Source of the DNA: Vulcanimicrobiota bacterium
GTDB taxonomy: Bacteria > Vulcanimicrobiota > Vulcanimicrobiia > Vulcanimicrobiales > Vulcanimicrobiaceae
Length of the DNA stretch: 64,000 nt
Assembly: GCA_963795855.1 (NCBI GenBank)
Contig: CAWCIZ010000003.1
Span: 928,001-992,000 of the forward strand
Direction of reading: 5' to 3'
A model generated the notes under the pieces. It was not told the DNA's origin and did no database searches. It was given only the letters and a program-made list of their open reading frames with translations. Below are positions 10,334 through 20,829 of this stretch, piece after piece (within the stretch, counting starts at the first letter, position 1; every line of letters begins with the position of its first letter). The translations under genes were made by a program, and so were the position numbers.

Positions 10334-12313
10334 ATGGCCGGAGCGGGCGAAAATCCGTATCTCGCGCGTTTTCGCCGCAAGTTCGGCAGCGAAGACGAGA
10401 CGAGCCGTTATGTCTCGGCGCTGTATGACGTTCTAGCGAACACCATCGGCTCGGACAAGCTGGTGCTGCGCGCCGGGAAGATGAACGCGCTCAAACTGAT
10501 GCGTTCGACCGCGCTGCCGGACCGCATCTGCGCGCTCGCGCGTTTGGTCTTCGAGGATCCGACGCTCGAACGCGTTACGGGGCGAGCGAATTCGCGACGC
10601 GTCATTTCCGAGATCGAAGAACATCTGGCGGATCTCATCGCGCAGAAAAACGTCGAAGATTCGATCGAGCGCCGCATCAACACGAAAATGATCGAGCGCC
10701 ATCAAGAATACTTGAAGGACCTCAAACTCGAAGCATTGCGCGAGGACACCGGTCCCGAAACGCCCGCGACGCAGAAGAAGCTGGAGGAACTGCAGCAACT
10801 CGATGCTCGCGGTCTGGCGGCGTCGGCGCTGCAGCTGCTGCGCCCGCAATCGCTCAAGGAAGTGGTCGGACAAGAGTCCGCCATTCGCTCGCTGCTGGCA
10901 AAAATTTCGTCGCCGTATCCGCAGCACGTGATCCTCTACGGGCCGCCCGGTGTCGGCAAAACGACCGTCGCCCGTTTGGCGCTCGAAGTGGCGAAGAACC
11001 GCGCCTACACGCCTTTCAAAAAGGAAGCGCCGTTCGTCGAGGCAAGCGGAACGACGCTGCGCTGGGATCCGCGCGAGACGACGAATCCGCTGCTCGGCAG
11101 CGTGCACGACCCGATCTACCAGGGCAGCCGGCGCGAATTCGCCGAGGGCGGCATTCCCGAGCCGAAACTCGGCTTAGTGACGCGCGCCCACGGCGGCGTG
11201 CTCTTCATCGACGAGATCGGCGAGATGGACCCGCTGCTGCAAACGAAGATCCTCAAAGTTCTCGAAGACAAGAAGGTCACGTTCGAATCGTCGTATTATG
11301 ACGAATCCGCGTCGAACGTTCCCGAATACATCAAACGATTGTTTCGCGCCGGCGCGCCGGCCGATTTCATTCTCATCGGCGCCACGACGCGAGAACCGGA
11401 AGATATCGACGCCGCCATCCGCTCGCGCTGCGCGGCCGTGTACTTCGAACCGCTGACCCAGCATCAAATCGTGAGCATCGTCAACGGCGCAATCAAACGT
11501 CTGCGCGCGAAAGCCGCCCGAGGCGTCGCACCATTGATCGCCTCGTACACGATCGAAGGGCGTAAGGCCGTGCAGGTCGTTGCGGACGCCTACGGGCACG
11601 CGCTGTACCGAATTGCCGGCAGCCGCGCGAAGGTAGACGACGCGAAGCACGTCACTATCACCGAAGACGACGTGCGCGACGTCGTTCAGGCGAGTCGTCT
11701 CGTACAGCATACGACGGTAAAGGCGCGCTCGACGCGCGAAATCGGCAAAACCTTCGGCCTAGGCGTATTGCACTATTTGGGCAGCATCATCGAAATCGAA
11801 GCGGTCGCCTTCGGCTCCGGCGCGAGCGGCAAAGGCACCGTGCGTTTCAACGACGCAGCCGGAGCAATGGCGAAAGACAGCGTGTTCAACGCGGCTGCGG
11901 TGCTGCGCGCGGTAACCGGCTTGGACACGGCGAATCACGATTTGCACATCAACGTGATCGGCGGCGGAAACATCGATGGACCCTCTGCGGGCCTGGCGAT
12001 TTTCCTCGCTCTGTATTCTGCGCTCACGAAGACGCCGCTGCCGCAGGACGTTGCGATCACCGGCGAGCTGTCGATTCAAGGCAAGGTTCGTCCGGTCGGC
12101 GGTATCGTCGAGAAGTTGTATGCCGCAAGACAGGCGGGCATGCGCGCGATACTCGTGCCCAAGGAAAATCTTCGAGAAATTGACCGTACGCTCGCAGGAA
12201 TCGACGTCATTCCTATTACGTCGGTGGAGCAGGCGTTCCGCGCGCTTTCTCTCCACAAGAAATCCACAAGGCGAGTGACGCGCGGGCGGCGCAGTACTTC
12301 CGCCCGCTCATGA
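10334..12313 (+). CDS. lonC: Lon-family ATP-dependent protease (LonC-like)
   Basis: Walker A GPPGVGKT, Walker B LFIDE, Lon protease DGPSAG; lies between rplI and dnaB. Confidence 0.85.
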   Translation: MAGAGENPYLARFRRKFGSEDETSRYVSALYDVLANTIGSDKLVLRAGKMNALKLMRSTALPDRICALARLVFEDPTLERVTGRANSRRVISEIEEHLADLIAQKNVEDSIERRINTKMIERHQEYLKDLKLEALREDTGPETPATQKKLEELQQLDARGLAASALQLLRPQSLKEVVGQESAIRSLLAKISSPYPQHVILYGPPGVGKTTVARLALEVAKNRAYTPFKKEAPFVEASGTTLRWDPRETTNPLLGSVHDPIYQGSRREFAEGGIPEPKLGLVTRAHGGVLFIDEIGEMDPLLQTKILKVLEDKKVTFESSYYDESASNVPEYIKRLFRAGAPADFILIGATTREPEDIDAAIRSRCAAVYFEPLTQHQIVSIVNGAIKRLRAKAARGVAPLIASYTIEGRKAVQVVADAYGHALYRIAGSRAKVDDAKHVTITEDDVRDVVQASRLVQHTTVKARSTREIGKTFGLGVLHYLGSIIEIEAVAFGSGASGKGTVRFNDAAGAMAKDSVFNAAAVLRAVTGLDTANHDLHINVIGGGNIDGPSAGLAIFLALYSALTKTPLPQDVAITGELSIQGKVRPVGGIVEKLYAARQAGMRAILVPKENLREIDRTLAGIDVIPITSVEQAFRALSLHKKSTRRVTRGRRSTSARS

Positions 12314-13675
12314 GCATAACGAATCTCCCGCTGGTCGACCGAATTCCGCCGCAAAACTTAGAGGCGGAGATGGCGTTGCTCGGCTCGATTCTCGTCGATC
12401 GCGAGATCATGGGCATCGTGAACGAGATCGTGCGCCCGGACGATCTGTACGCACACGTGCACGAGTCGATCTACGCGGTGCTTCAGCATCTGTACGACCG
12501 CGGCGAACCGCTCGACAAAATTACCGTTGCGGAAGAACTCAAACGCCGGAGCGAACTCGAGAAAGTCGGGGGACTCTCGTACCTCAGTTCGCTGATGGAT
12601 ACGGTGCAGACCGCAGCATCCGCGGCGTACTACGCGAAGATCGTGCGCGAAAAAGCAGTTCTGCGCGGTCTGATTCACGCCGGAACGCGCATCACTCAAC
12701 TCGGCTTCGAAAACGAAGAAGACGTCGACGGCGCGCTCGACCAAAGCGAGCAAATGGTTTACGACATCGGGCGCCGGCAAATGCAGGGCGAGTTTACGCC
12801 CGTGAGCCGCTTGCTCAAACCGGCGTTCGAACACATCGACAAGTTGTTCCACAACCGCGGGGGCCGCACCGGTTTGACGTCGGGCTTCGCCGACATCGAC
12901 GAAATGACGACCGGTTTTCAGCCCGGCAACTTCATCATTCTGGCCGCGCGACCCGGTATGGGCAAGACCTCGTTCGCGCTGAACATGGCGGTCGCAGCAT
13001 CGCGGGAAGAGACCGCGCCCGTCGCGTTCTTTTCGCTGGAGATGTCGAACGACGAGCTGGTCCAGCGTCTGATCTGCGCGGAAGCGGAGATCAGCATGCA
13101 CGACATGCGGCGCGGCAACATCAAGCCGCACCATTGGGAGAAGATCTCCGACGCGATGGGCGTGCTCAACGAGATGCCGATCTACCTCGACGATTCCGGC
13201 GGGCTTTCGGTGTCCGAGATTCGCAGCCGCTGCCGCAGGCTCAAGTCCGGACAGGGACTCTCCGCAGTGTTCATCGACTATCTGCAGTCTGGTGCACCCG
13301 AGCGTGCTGAGCCGAGGCGCGAATCGCAACGAAGAGCTTTCCGATATCTGCCGCACGCTCAAGATGACGGCGAAAGATTTGGGCGTGCCGATCGTTGGGC
13401 TGGCACAGTTGAACCGCGGCGTCGAAGCGCGCACCGATAAGCGGCCGCTTCTGAGCGATCTGCGCGACTCGGGCTCGCTCGAGCAGGAAGCCGACATGGT
13501 CGCGTTCCTTTTCCGCGAAGGATATTACCACAACGAAGCCGCGGAGCCCGACTTGACCGAATTCATCATCGCGAAACATCGAAACGGGCCGACGGGAACC
13601 GTGAAATTGCGCTTTCAGCGCGAGTTCACGTTGTTCCGGCCGTACGGCGACGCGACGCACTACCCGACGCCGTGA
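12310..13675 (+). CDS. dnaB: Replicative DNA helicase (apparent frameshift near 13288)
   Basis: PPQNLEAE, AARPGMGKT, DYLQ, QLNR, DLRDSGSLEQEAD, IAKHRNGPTG. Confidence 0.95.
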
Positions 13676-14016
13676 ACGGCCTGAAGCTCTCGCACCTCAG
13701 TTTGGGCGTCAGCGATCTCGCCGCGTCCGAAACGTTCTACCGCGACGTTTTGACGCTGCCCGCCGAGCGCGTCGGCGACGACGTTCGCGTGCAATGGCCG
13801 GATTTTTTGCTCGTCATCACGGAGAAGCCGCCGGCCGATCGCAGCAAGTTCCATTTCGGCTTCCGCGTCGGCAGTGAAGCGGAAGTGGACGCGTGGGCCG
13901 AGCGCCTGCGCGCGCACGGCGTGCAAATCATTTCGGGACCGGCGAGCGGCGACGGTTTGCGTCAACTCTTCTTCCTGGATCCCGACCAGTACGTCGTCGA
14001 AATTTACGCCAAATAG
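13672..14016 (+). CDS. VOC/glyoxalase family protein
   Basis: HLSLGVSDL..FY, HFGFRV, FFLDPD..VEI. Confidence 0.85.
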   Translation: MNGLKLSHLSLGVSDLAASETFYRDVLTLPAERVGDDVRVQWPDFLLVITEKPPADRSKFHFGFRVGSEAEVDAWAERLRAHGVQIISGPASGDGLRQLFFLDPDQYVVEIYAK

Positions 14017-14210
14017 CTTCGCGCGGCAAGCGCGCGCAGATCGTCGAACGCGTAGACGACGTCATCGAACACACCGGAGTCTACGTTGATCCCCTGCGGC
14101 ACAAGACCGCGATATGATGCTTCCCAGGCGGCGACGTGCACCGCGGCGAGGGCTTCGGAGTCGCTCGCGACGCCCGCGCGTATGGTAAACTGCACGGACG
14201 CCTTTTTCAT
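14004..14210 (-). pseudogene. Truncated GNAT acetyltransferase N-terminus
   Basis: IRAGVASDSEALAAVHVAAWEASYRGLVP resembles GNAT N-termini; only 68 aa. Confidence 0.45.
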
Positions 14211-14222
14211 TGAAGGACGGTA

Positions 14223-14253
14223 TTGACCCTCACGTAAGGTCATACTCTATCGT
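14223..14253 (+). promoter_or_regulatory. MerR-type promoter with 19-bp spacer and operator
   Basis: TTGACC-N19-TATCGT with an imperfect TGACC..GGTCA dyad, directly upstream of a MerR gene. Confidence 0.75.
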
Positions 14254-14271
14254 CCTTGGTGAGGAATCCCG

Positions 14272-15051
14272 ATGCAAGCACCGCCGACAAACCTTCGACG
14301 AGCCAAGCAGTTCGCCCAAGAAGCCGGAGTAACGGTAAGGACGCTGCACGTCTACGACCGTCTCGGACTGCTGCGGCCCGCCGCGCGCTCCGCTTCCGGT
14401 TATCGCCTGTACGGCGAGGCCGAACTCGAACGTCTCGAACAGATTTTGGCGCTGCGCTTCGTCGGGTTTCGACTCGAACACATCAAGGAGCTTCTGCAAG
14501 GTCCGAAGTGGCCACTCGTCGCCGCTCTACGAATGCAGCGCGAGATCATCGCACAGCAACAGCGCAAACTCGACGCCGCGGCGCAGGCTATCGAACGTGC
14601 GGAATCGGCGCTCGACGGCGCCGAATCGGCAGACCGGTGGCAGATCCTCCTGAACATCATCGAGGCGTTCAAAATGGAAAACGAATGGAGCTGGACGGAA
14701 AACTATTACAACGAGGAGGCGCGCGAAAAACTCGCGCAGTACCGGAACGACACGCCGAAGGAAGTCGTGGAGGAAGGGGAGCGTGATTGGGCCGCGCTCA
14801 TCGCCGAAGTCGAAGAGGCCGCCTCGCGCGACGAGGACCCTGCGACCGAAGCTGCGGGACAACTAGCGAACCGCTGGTGCGCCCTGGTGCGCCGGTTCAC
14901 GCGCGGCGATGCCGACGTGCAGCAAGGCTTGAATCGGTTGTGGTCCGATCCGACGCATTGGCCGAAGAATTTCAAGAAGCCCTGGAGCGACGCGGCGGAC
15001 GCGTGGATCAAACGCGCTATGACATCAGCGCGGCCCAGTCCTGACGGCTGA
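14272..15051 (+). CDS. MerR family regulator with TipAS domain (TipA/Mta-like)
   Basis: GVTVRTLHVYDRLGLLRP..SGYRLY; C-terminal TipAS-like DPATEAAGQLANRW. Confidence 0.9.
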   Translation: MQAPPTNLRRAKQFAQEAGVTVRTLHVYDRLGLLRPAARSASGYRLYGEAELERLEQILALRFVGFRLEHIKELLQGPKWPLVAALRMQREIIAQQQRKLDAAAQAIERAESALDGAESADRWQILLNIIEAFKMENEWSWTENYYNEEAREKLAQYRNDTPKEVVEEGERDWAALIAEVEEAASRDEDPATEAAGQLANRWCALVRRFTRGDADVQQGLNRLWSDPTHWPKNFKKPWSDAADAWIKRAMTSARPSPDG

Positions 15052-16030
15052 TCCGCAAGTCATCTTCGTTCATCTGCGCGAGCGGTTTTTGCGGAAGCCG
15101 CTCGCGCTCGCACAGGTCGCGCGCAGAGGTTTCCACGTACAGCAATCCCGTCGCCAGCTCTCCGCGGTTGCGGGCCTCGTTCATGACGCGCAGTGCTTCC
15201 ATGCGATCCGACGCGTCGTAGTCGCGCTCGAGCTTGCGCAGCAGCACCCGGTTTCCGTTGTCGAAGGTTATTTCCTGAACCGTTCCGGGTTCATAGTCTA
15301 CCGTGATTTCCGTACTGCCGGCGATGAAGTCCGCGGTGTGCAGTACCGCGTGATGTTCCTTGATGTAGTTGTAACTCTTCGTCGATCCTTCGTGATCGTT
15401 GAAGGTCACGCACGGGCTGATGACGTCGAGCACCGCGATGCCGCGGTGCGAGAATGCCGCCTGAAGCAGCGGGATCAGCTGTTTTCCGTCGCCCGAAAAC
15501 GATCGCGCAACGAACGTTGCGCCCAGTTCGACCGCGAGACCGCAGACGTCGATCGTCTCGAATTCGTTGACTTGCCCTTTCTTGAGCACCGAACCGCGAT
15601 CCGCGGTGGCGGAGAACTGCCCTTTAGTCAACCCATAGCAGCCGTTGTCCTCGATGATGTACGTCGCGTCGACGTTGCGGCGGATCATGTGGCAATACTG
15701 TCCCAGGCCGATGCTCGCAGTATCACCGTCGCCGCTGATCCCCAGCACCATAAGCTCCCGGTTCGCGACCTTCGCGCCGGTCGCCAGCGACGGCATCCGT
15801 CCGTGGACGCCGTTGAAGCCGTGCGCGCGCTCGACGAAATAGGCAGGCGTCTTCGAAGAGCAGCCGATGCCGCTCATCTTCGCAAGCTTGTACGGATCCA
15901 CGCCGTATTCGTAGAGCGCCTTGATGAGATGGTTGGTTATCGAATTATGCCCGCAGCCGGCGCACAGCGTGCTCGCCGCGCCTTTATAGACGTCGCGGGG
16001 TAATCCGAGGACGTTCACGTTCGAATTCAT
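15017..16030 (-). CDS. 2-oxoacid:ferredoxin oxidoreductase beta subunit
   Basis: LCAGCGH, SGIGCSS, SGDGD TPP-binding motif, SPCVTFN. Confidence 0.92.
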   Translation of the reverse strand: MNSNVNVLGLPRDVYKGAASTLCAGCGHNSITNHLIKALYEYGVDPYKLAKMSGIGCSSKTPAYFVERAHGFNGVHGRMPSLATGAKVANRELMVLGISGDGDTASIGLGQYCHMIRRNVDATYIIEDNGCYGLTKGQFSATADRGSVLKKGQVNEFETIDVCGLAVELGATFVARSFSGDGKQLIPLLQAAFSHRGIAVLDVISPCVTFNDHEGSTKSYNYIKEHHAVLHTADFIAGSTEITVDYEPGTVQEITFDNGNRVLLRKLERDYDASDRMEALRVMNEARNRGELATGLLYVETSARDLCERERLPQKPLAQMNEDDLRISRQDWAALMS

Positions 16031-17832
16031 TACGCGGGCACCATTTTCTCGGCTGAAAGGATTGGTTCGGTAACGGCGCGAGCGTCGATAGGCACGCCGT
16101 TGTAGTGGCGTACCGACTGCAGGCGTTCGAGAAGATGCGCGGGCAGTTCGGTGCGAAGCAGCGCGTGCAATTGCCCGTCGCGATTCTGCTCGACGACGTA
16201 TACGCGATCGTGGCGTTCGATGAACGCGGCCACGTCTTGCGAAAACGGCAGCGCGCGTACGCGAAGGTAATCCATTTCCAGGCCTTCCTCGCGCAAACGA
16301 TCGCGCGCCTCGATCACCGCATGGTGCGTCGTGCCGTACGCCAGAATGGCGACGGGACGGCCGGCTTCGTCCGAAAGAGGCTGCGGAACGAACGTTCGCG
16401 CCGTTTCGTGCTTGCGCGAAAGCCGGTCGAGATTGCCGCGGTACACGTCGGGATTCTCGGAGTAGTTCGCCTGTTCGTCGTGACCGGATCCGCGCGTGAA
16501 ATAGCCGGCGAGCGGATGCGCCGTACCCGGAAGCGTGCGGTAGGGTATGCCGTCGCCTTCGACGTCGCGATAGCGGCCCCACGTCTTCACTTCGTCCAGT
16601 TTGGCGGCGTCCAGAATTTTACCGCGATCGAACGGCTTTTCCGGATACGCAAGCGGCGCCGTCATCCACAGGTTCATGCCCAGGTCCAAGTCGCTAAGCA
16701 CGAACACGGGCGTTTGAAAGCGGTCGGCCAAGTCGAACGCTTGCATCGAAAACTCATACGCTTCCTCGACGGTGCCCGGCAGCAGAACGATATGCTTCGT
16801 ATCGCCGTGCGAGAGCGTGTAGGCGAATGCGACGTCGCCTTGCAGCGTGCGCGTCGGCAGACCCGTAGACGGCCCGGCGCGCTGCACGTCGAAGATCACG
16901 CCCGGCAATTCGGCGTAGTATCCCAGGCCCGCGAACTCCGCCATCAGCGAAAGCCCCGGACCGGAGGTCGAGGTCATCGCGCGCGCTCCGGCCCACGTTG
17001 CGCCGAACACCATACCGATCGCCGCGAGTTCGTCCTCGGCTTGCAAGATTGCGGCTTTGCGCGTGCCGCTCTCCTTGTCGACGCGGAAGCGGTCGCAGTA
17101 TTGAATGAAGGACTCGCAGAGCGACGACGATGGCGTGATGGGGTACCACGCCGCGACCGTGCATCCGCCCATGACGCAGCCCAGCGCGGCCGCGCTGTTG
17201 CCGTCCATCAGCAGCAAGTCTTCGGTCTTGCCGCTCATCGGCTGCAAGCGGTAGAGATCCGTCTTGGTCAGGTTCGCCGACGCGAACTCCGAACCCACAC
17301 GCACGGCGTCCATATTCGTCTGCACGGCCTTGGGTTTCGTTTTGAACTGACCGCGGAGCGCCGCCTCGATCGTGTCGACCCCAATGCCGAGCAGATGCGC
17401 GAGCACGCCGACGTAGATCATGTTCGTCAGGTATTTGCGCAAGCCGCCGTCGCTCACGTGCTCCTTCGCGAGTTTCGCGAACGGCACGGGGTAATACGTG
17501 ACGTCCTCGCGCGCCGCATCGCCCGTTACCGCGTATGCCGCTTCGTGAACCACTACGCCGCCCGAGCGCACGTCACGCACGTCGGCGTGCCAGGTCGTCG
17601 GATTGAGCGCGACCAGTATGTCGACGTCTCTGCTGCGGCACCGATATCCTTGCGGCGAGACGCGCACGTCGAACCACGTGGGCAGCCCCTCGATGTTGGA
17701 CGGGAAGACGTTTTTCGGGGCAACCGGGATCCCCATGCGGAAGATCGCGTTGGTCAAAACGAGATTGGCCGACTGACTTCCGGAGCCGTTCACCGTCGCA
17801 GCGCGGATGGTGAGATCGTTGGCGGTGTTCAC
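16030..17832 (-). CDS. 2-oxoacid:acceptor oxidoreductase alpha subunit
   Basis: YPITPSS, QAEDELAA, TSGPGLSLM, QRAGPSTGLPT. Confidence 0.92.
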   Translation of the reverse strand: MNTANDLTIRAATVNGSGSQSANLVLTNAIFRMGIPVAPKNVFPSNIEGLPTWFDVRVSPQGYRCRSRDVDILVALNPTTWHADVRDVRSGGVVVHEAAYAVTGDAAREDVTYYPVPFAKLAKEHVSDGGLRKYLTNMIYVGVLAHLLGIGVDTIEAALRGQFKTKPKAVQTNMDAVRVGSEFASANLTKTDLYRLQPMSGKTEDLLLMDGNSAAALGCVMGGCTVAAWYPITPSSSLCESFIQYCDRFRVDKESGTRKAAILQAEDELAAIGMVFGATWAGARAMTSTSGPGLSLMAEFAGLGYYAELPGVIFDVQRAGPSTGLPTRTLQGDVAFAYTLSHGDTKHIVLLPGTVEEAYEFSMQAFDLADRFQTPVFVLSDLDLGMNLWMTAPLAYPEKPFDRGKILDAAKLDEVKTWGRYRDVEGDGIPYRTLPGTAHPLAGYFTRGSGHDEQANYSENPDVYRGNLDRLSRKHETARTFVPQPLSDEAGRPVAILAYGTTHHAVIEARDRLREEGLEMDYLRVRALPFSQDVAAFIERHDRVYVVEQNRDGQLHALLRTELPAHLLERLQSVRHYNGVPIDARAVTEPILSAEKMVPA

Positions 17833-17833
17833 G

Positions 17834-18361
17834 CTAATCTATTCGGGAAACCACGCCTTCTTTCATGTACGAGCGCGAAAGCGCGACGTACTCGGCGGCG
17901 CTGCCGTCAATCCAGCGGGCTGCCTCACCCTCGATGGACTTTTTCACTTTTGCAGGCGATCCGGCAGCCAGCACCCCCTCCGGAATCTGCGCTCGCTCGC
18001 CGACGACGCTGCCGGCGGCAATCAGCGAGCGCGATCCGACGACCGCGCCTCCCAAAATGACGGCGTTGCTGCCGACTAAGGCAAACGGCTCGATGCGGCA
18101 ATCTTCCATCACGGCGCAGTGCCCGACGGTAACGTCGTCTCCGACGATCGTTTCGCCGTGCTCGCTCACGTGCAGGACGCAGTTGTCCTGAATCGACGTG
18201 CGAGCCCCGATGCGGATCGGTCCGTTGTCGCCCCGAAGCACGGCCCCGAACCAGATGCTCGACTCCTCCCCGACTTCCACATCGCCGATCAGCACGGCCG
18301 TCGGTGCCACGAACGCCGACGAATGCATGCGGGGGCGTTTCCCCCGGTATTCAATGATCAT
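17834..18361 (-). CDS. Gamma carbonic anhydrase family protein
   Basis: IWFGAVLRGD, IQDNCVLH, hexapeptide repeats. Confidence 0.9.
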   Translation of the reverse strand: MIIEYRGKRPRMHSSAFVAPTAVLIGDVEVGEESSIWFGAVLRGDNGPIRIGARTSIQDNCVLHVSEHGETIVGDDVTVGHCAVMEDCRIEPFALVGSNAVILGGAVVGSRSLIAAGSVVGERAQIPEGVLAAGSPAKVKKSIEGEAARWIDGSAAEYVALSRSYMKEGVVSRID

Positions 18362-18391
18362 TTGGCCCTCCGAAGGAAACCCCACATTCGT

Positions 18392-18646
18392 ATGCACCGC
18401 CACAACACCCCGCTGCGAGGCGTGAAGGCGACCCCGCGGCCCAAAACCGGCGATCCGAACTACACGGCCGTGAATTATGCGTATGCCGGCAAGACGGGTC
18501 ACATTCACGAGGTGGTTACCGTCGGCGGGCGAGAGCTGGCCAAGGTCGGCTTCGACGACAGAAAGATCGTCTATTACTATCTCGACGATCTCGACCTGGA
18601 CCGCTCGGCCAAGCGCGGAACGTTCCATGACACCGATCGAGGGTAG
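18392..18646 (+). CDS. Small hypothetical protein (possible SH3/KOW-like fold)
   Basis: 84 aa; YAGKTGHIHEVVTVGGRELAKVGFDD beta-rich segment. Confidence 0.55.
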   Translation: MHRHNTPLRGVKATPRPKTGDPNYTAVNYAYAGKTGHIHEVVTVGGRELAKVGFDDRKIVYYYLDDLDLDRSAKRGTFHDTDRG

Positions 18647-18721
18647 GCTACCGTACGTCGTAAGGGACACTTTACATATACTTAACACATGCAGCCTTGA
18701 AGTTGGTCCCTAAGGCCTAAA

Positions 18722-18757
18722 CTTAGCGCTCGCTTAAACGCCGCTAAGCGGTATAAT
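18722..18757 (+). promoter_or_regulatory. Promoter with consensus -10 and an inverted repeat around the -35 region
   Basis: CTTAGCG(18722)-N13-CGCTAAG(18742); TATAAT at 18752; AT-rich gap. Confidence 0.55.
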
Positions 18758-18820
18758 AACTCAGGGTAAACATCCACACCAAGCAAGCGCGTCATGGATG
18801 GCGCTGGGGGAGAAATCGCG

Positions 18821-19814
18821 GTGCAAAATCGTCTTATGCGAGGCGCTCTTTTCTTTTTGGGCTTAGCCCTCGCAGGCTGTTCTACGCAAGGATCGCAGAA
18901 CGTTCCGCAGGGCGGGGTCACTCGCCCACCGAGCGGTCCGGCGCTGCAAGCGCCCGCCCTTCGGCGGCCTATGGACGTTTGGGGCGGTCCATCCGGACTG
19001 TTCCGCATGTTGAATTCGCTTTTAGGAGACTCCGCGCCGACGATCGGGGGGAGGACGCTCGCGCACTTCTACGTCGGCGTGCGTGAGATCGACGCTATTC
19101 AAAACGGACAGAGCGTCGTGCTCGGTTCGTCGTCGACGCCGTATCAGATCGACTTGCTCCAGTATCAAAACGGCAGCGGCGATTGGATGACGCAGACGAG
19201 CGTTCCGGCGCAGACGTACACGCAACTGCGCTACGTTTTCGACGTCGGCAGCACGCAGGCGGTTTTCGCGGACGGCAGCACGATGCCGGTCCGATTCAAC
19301 GCCGGACCTTCGCGCAGTTCCTCGGGTGAAGGCGCGTCCACGTCGACATCGGCCGACTCGACCTATGCGAACGCGGTAGACGTCGTCGTGAACACGCAGC
19401 TAACCGTGCAGTCCGATTCGGATACCGTGGCGGCGGACTTCAACCTCGCCGAATCGTTGGGTCAAGCGCCGGGCGCGCTGGTCGTTCGTCCGGTGGTCTC
19501 AGCCGCAGCCGATCCGGGTCAAATCAACGGAACGGTGCAGAACGCTAACGGCAACGGCGTGCAAGGCGCCACCGTGGTCGCGTACGGTTCCAACGGCGCC
19601 GCGGTAAATTCCACGGCGACGGATGCGAGCGGCGCGTTCAATCTCCATGCGCTGCCGGCCGATACATATCAGACTCGTGATCTATAACAATTACACGAAC
19701 GCGGCCGGCTACCGGACGAACGCGTCCGGCCAGACGTCGAACGGTTCGGTCAGCGGACCGTCGGTTTCCGTTACTTCGGGAAGCACTGTTTCTGCCGGAA
19801 CCATCGGCGACTAA
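18821..19814 (+). CDS. DUF4382-like lipoprotein with carboxypeptidase-regulatory-like domain, copy 1 (apparent frameshift near 19673)
   Basis: Lipobox LAG-C; LLGDSAP, IDLLQYQ, ADFNLAESL, GQINGTVQNANG. Confidence 0.75.
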
Positions 19815-19835
19815 TCGGGACGGAGAGACACAAAC

Positions 19836-20823
19836 ATGAAGCGTACAGCTTTACACCTGTGTGCTCTAGCGACGGCGTGCACCCTAGCCGCGTGCGGATC
19901 CGGTTCGAATCCGAATCCGCCGGCGCAAGTGCCGCAGTCGGGCCCAGGTTTGATACGGCCGATGGACGTCTGGGGCGGACCTAGCGGTTCGCGACTGAAC
20001 GTTCTGCTCGGCGACGCCGCGCCGGATTTGGGCGGCAACAAACTCCAGCATCTCGATCTCGGCATAAAAGAGATCGATGCAATCGACAACAGCGGACAAA
20101 CCACGGTACTGGCTTCGTTCGAAACGCCGCGCGTCGTCGACGTGCTTGCGCACCAACGCGACGACGGCGAATCCGTGGCCGACGCGAACGTCAGCCGCAC
20201 CAGTTATCAAGAGTTACGGCTGGTGGTGGACCTCAGCTACAGACTTCGCCAAGTTCAGCGGTGCGCCGCGAGTGCCGGTCAACTTCCTGGTCAACGTGGC
20301 CAGTGCCAGCAGCGTCAACGCCGGCGTGACGACGCTCACGACGAGCGACGGACCGGGAGCGGTAGACGTGCTGGTGAAGCAGGCGTTTTCCATCGCGGAC
20401 GGTGGCCACCAATCGGTTCGCATGGACTTCAATGCGTTCGAATCGCTGACGCTCGACCAGTCGGGAACGCTCCTCGCGCGACCGACGATGTTCGTAGCGC
20501 CCGTCGACGAGATGGGCAGCGTGAGCGGCCGCGTGCTGGACTCCAGCGGGAATCCGGTCCAGAACGCAACGGTCGCGGCGATCGCGCCGGACGGTTCGGT
20601 CGGCAATACGGACTGGACCGGGCCGCGAGGACACTTCAGCATCGGCACGCTGCGTGCCGGAACGTATCAGCTCGTCGTCTACAACGCGTACACGACGGCT
20701 GCCGGACGCGCAGTCACCGCATCGGGGGTTAGCAGCGCCAACGCCTCAATGCAATCCATCTCCGGGCCGAACGTTACGGTAACGGGCGGCAAAAACACTG
20801 CTGCAGGCATCATCAAGGACTGA
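19836..20823 (+). CDS. DUF4382-like lipoprotein with carboxypeptidase-regulatory-like domain, copy 2 (apparent frameshift near 20243)
   Basis: Lipobox LAA-C; LLGDAAP, MDFNAFESL, GSVSGRVLDSSG; paralog of copy 1. Confidence 0.75.
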
Positions 20824-20829
20824 TCGACG

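Noticed and set aside
16105..18060. Long antisense ORFs (also 3844-5172, 44285-46186, 47996-49282)
   Set aside because: Shadow frames of real genes in GC-rich DNA with no recognisable motifs
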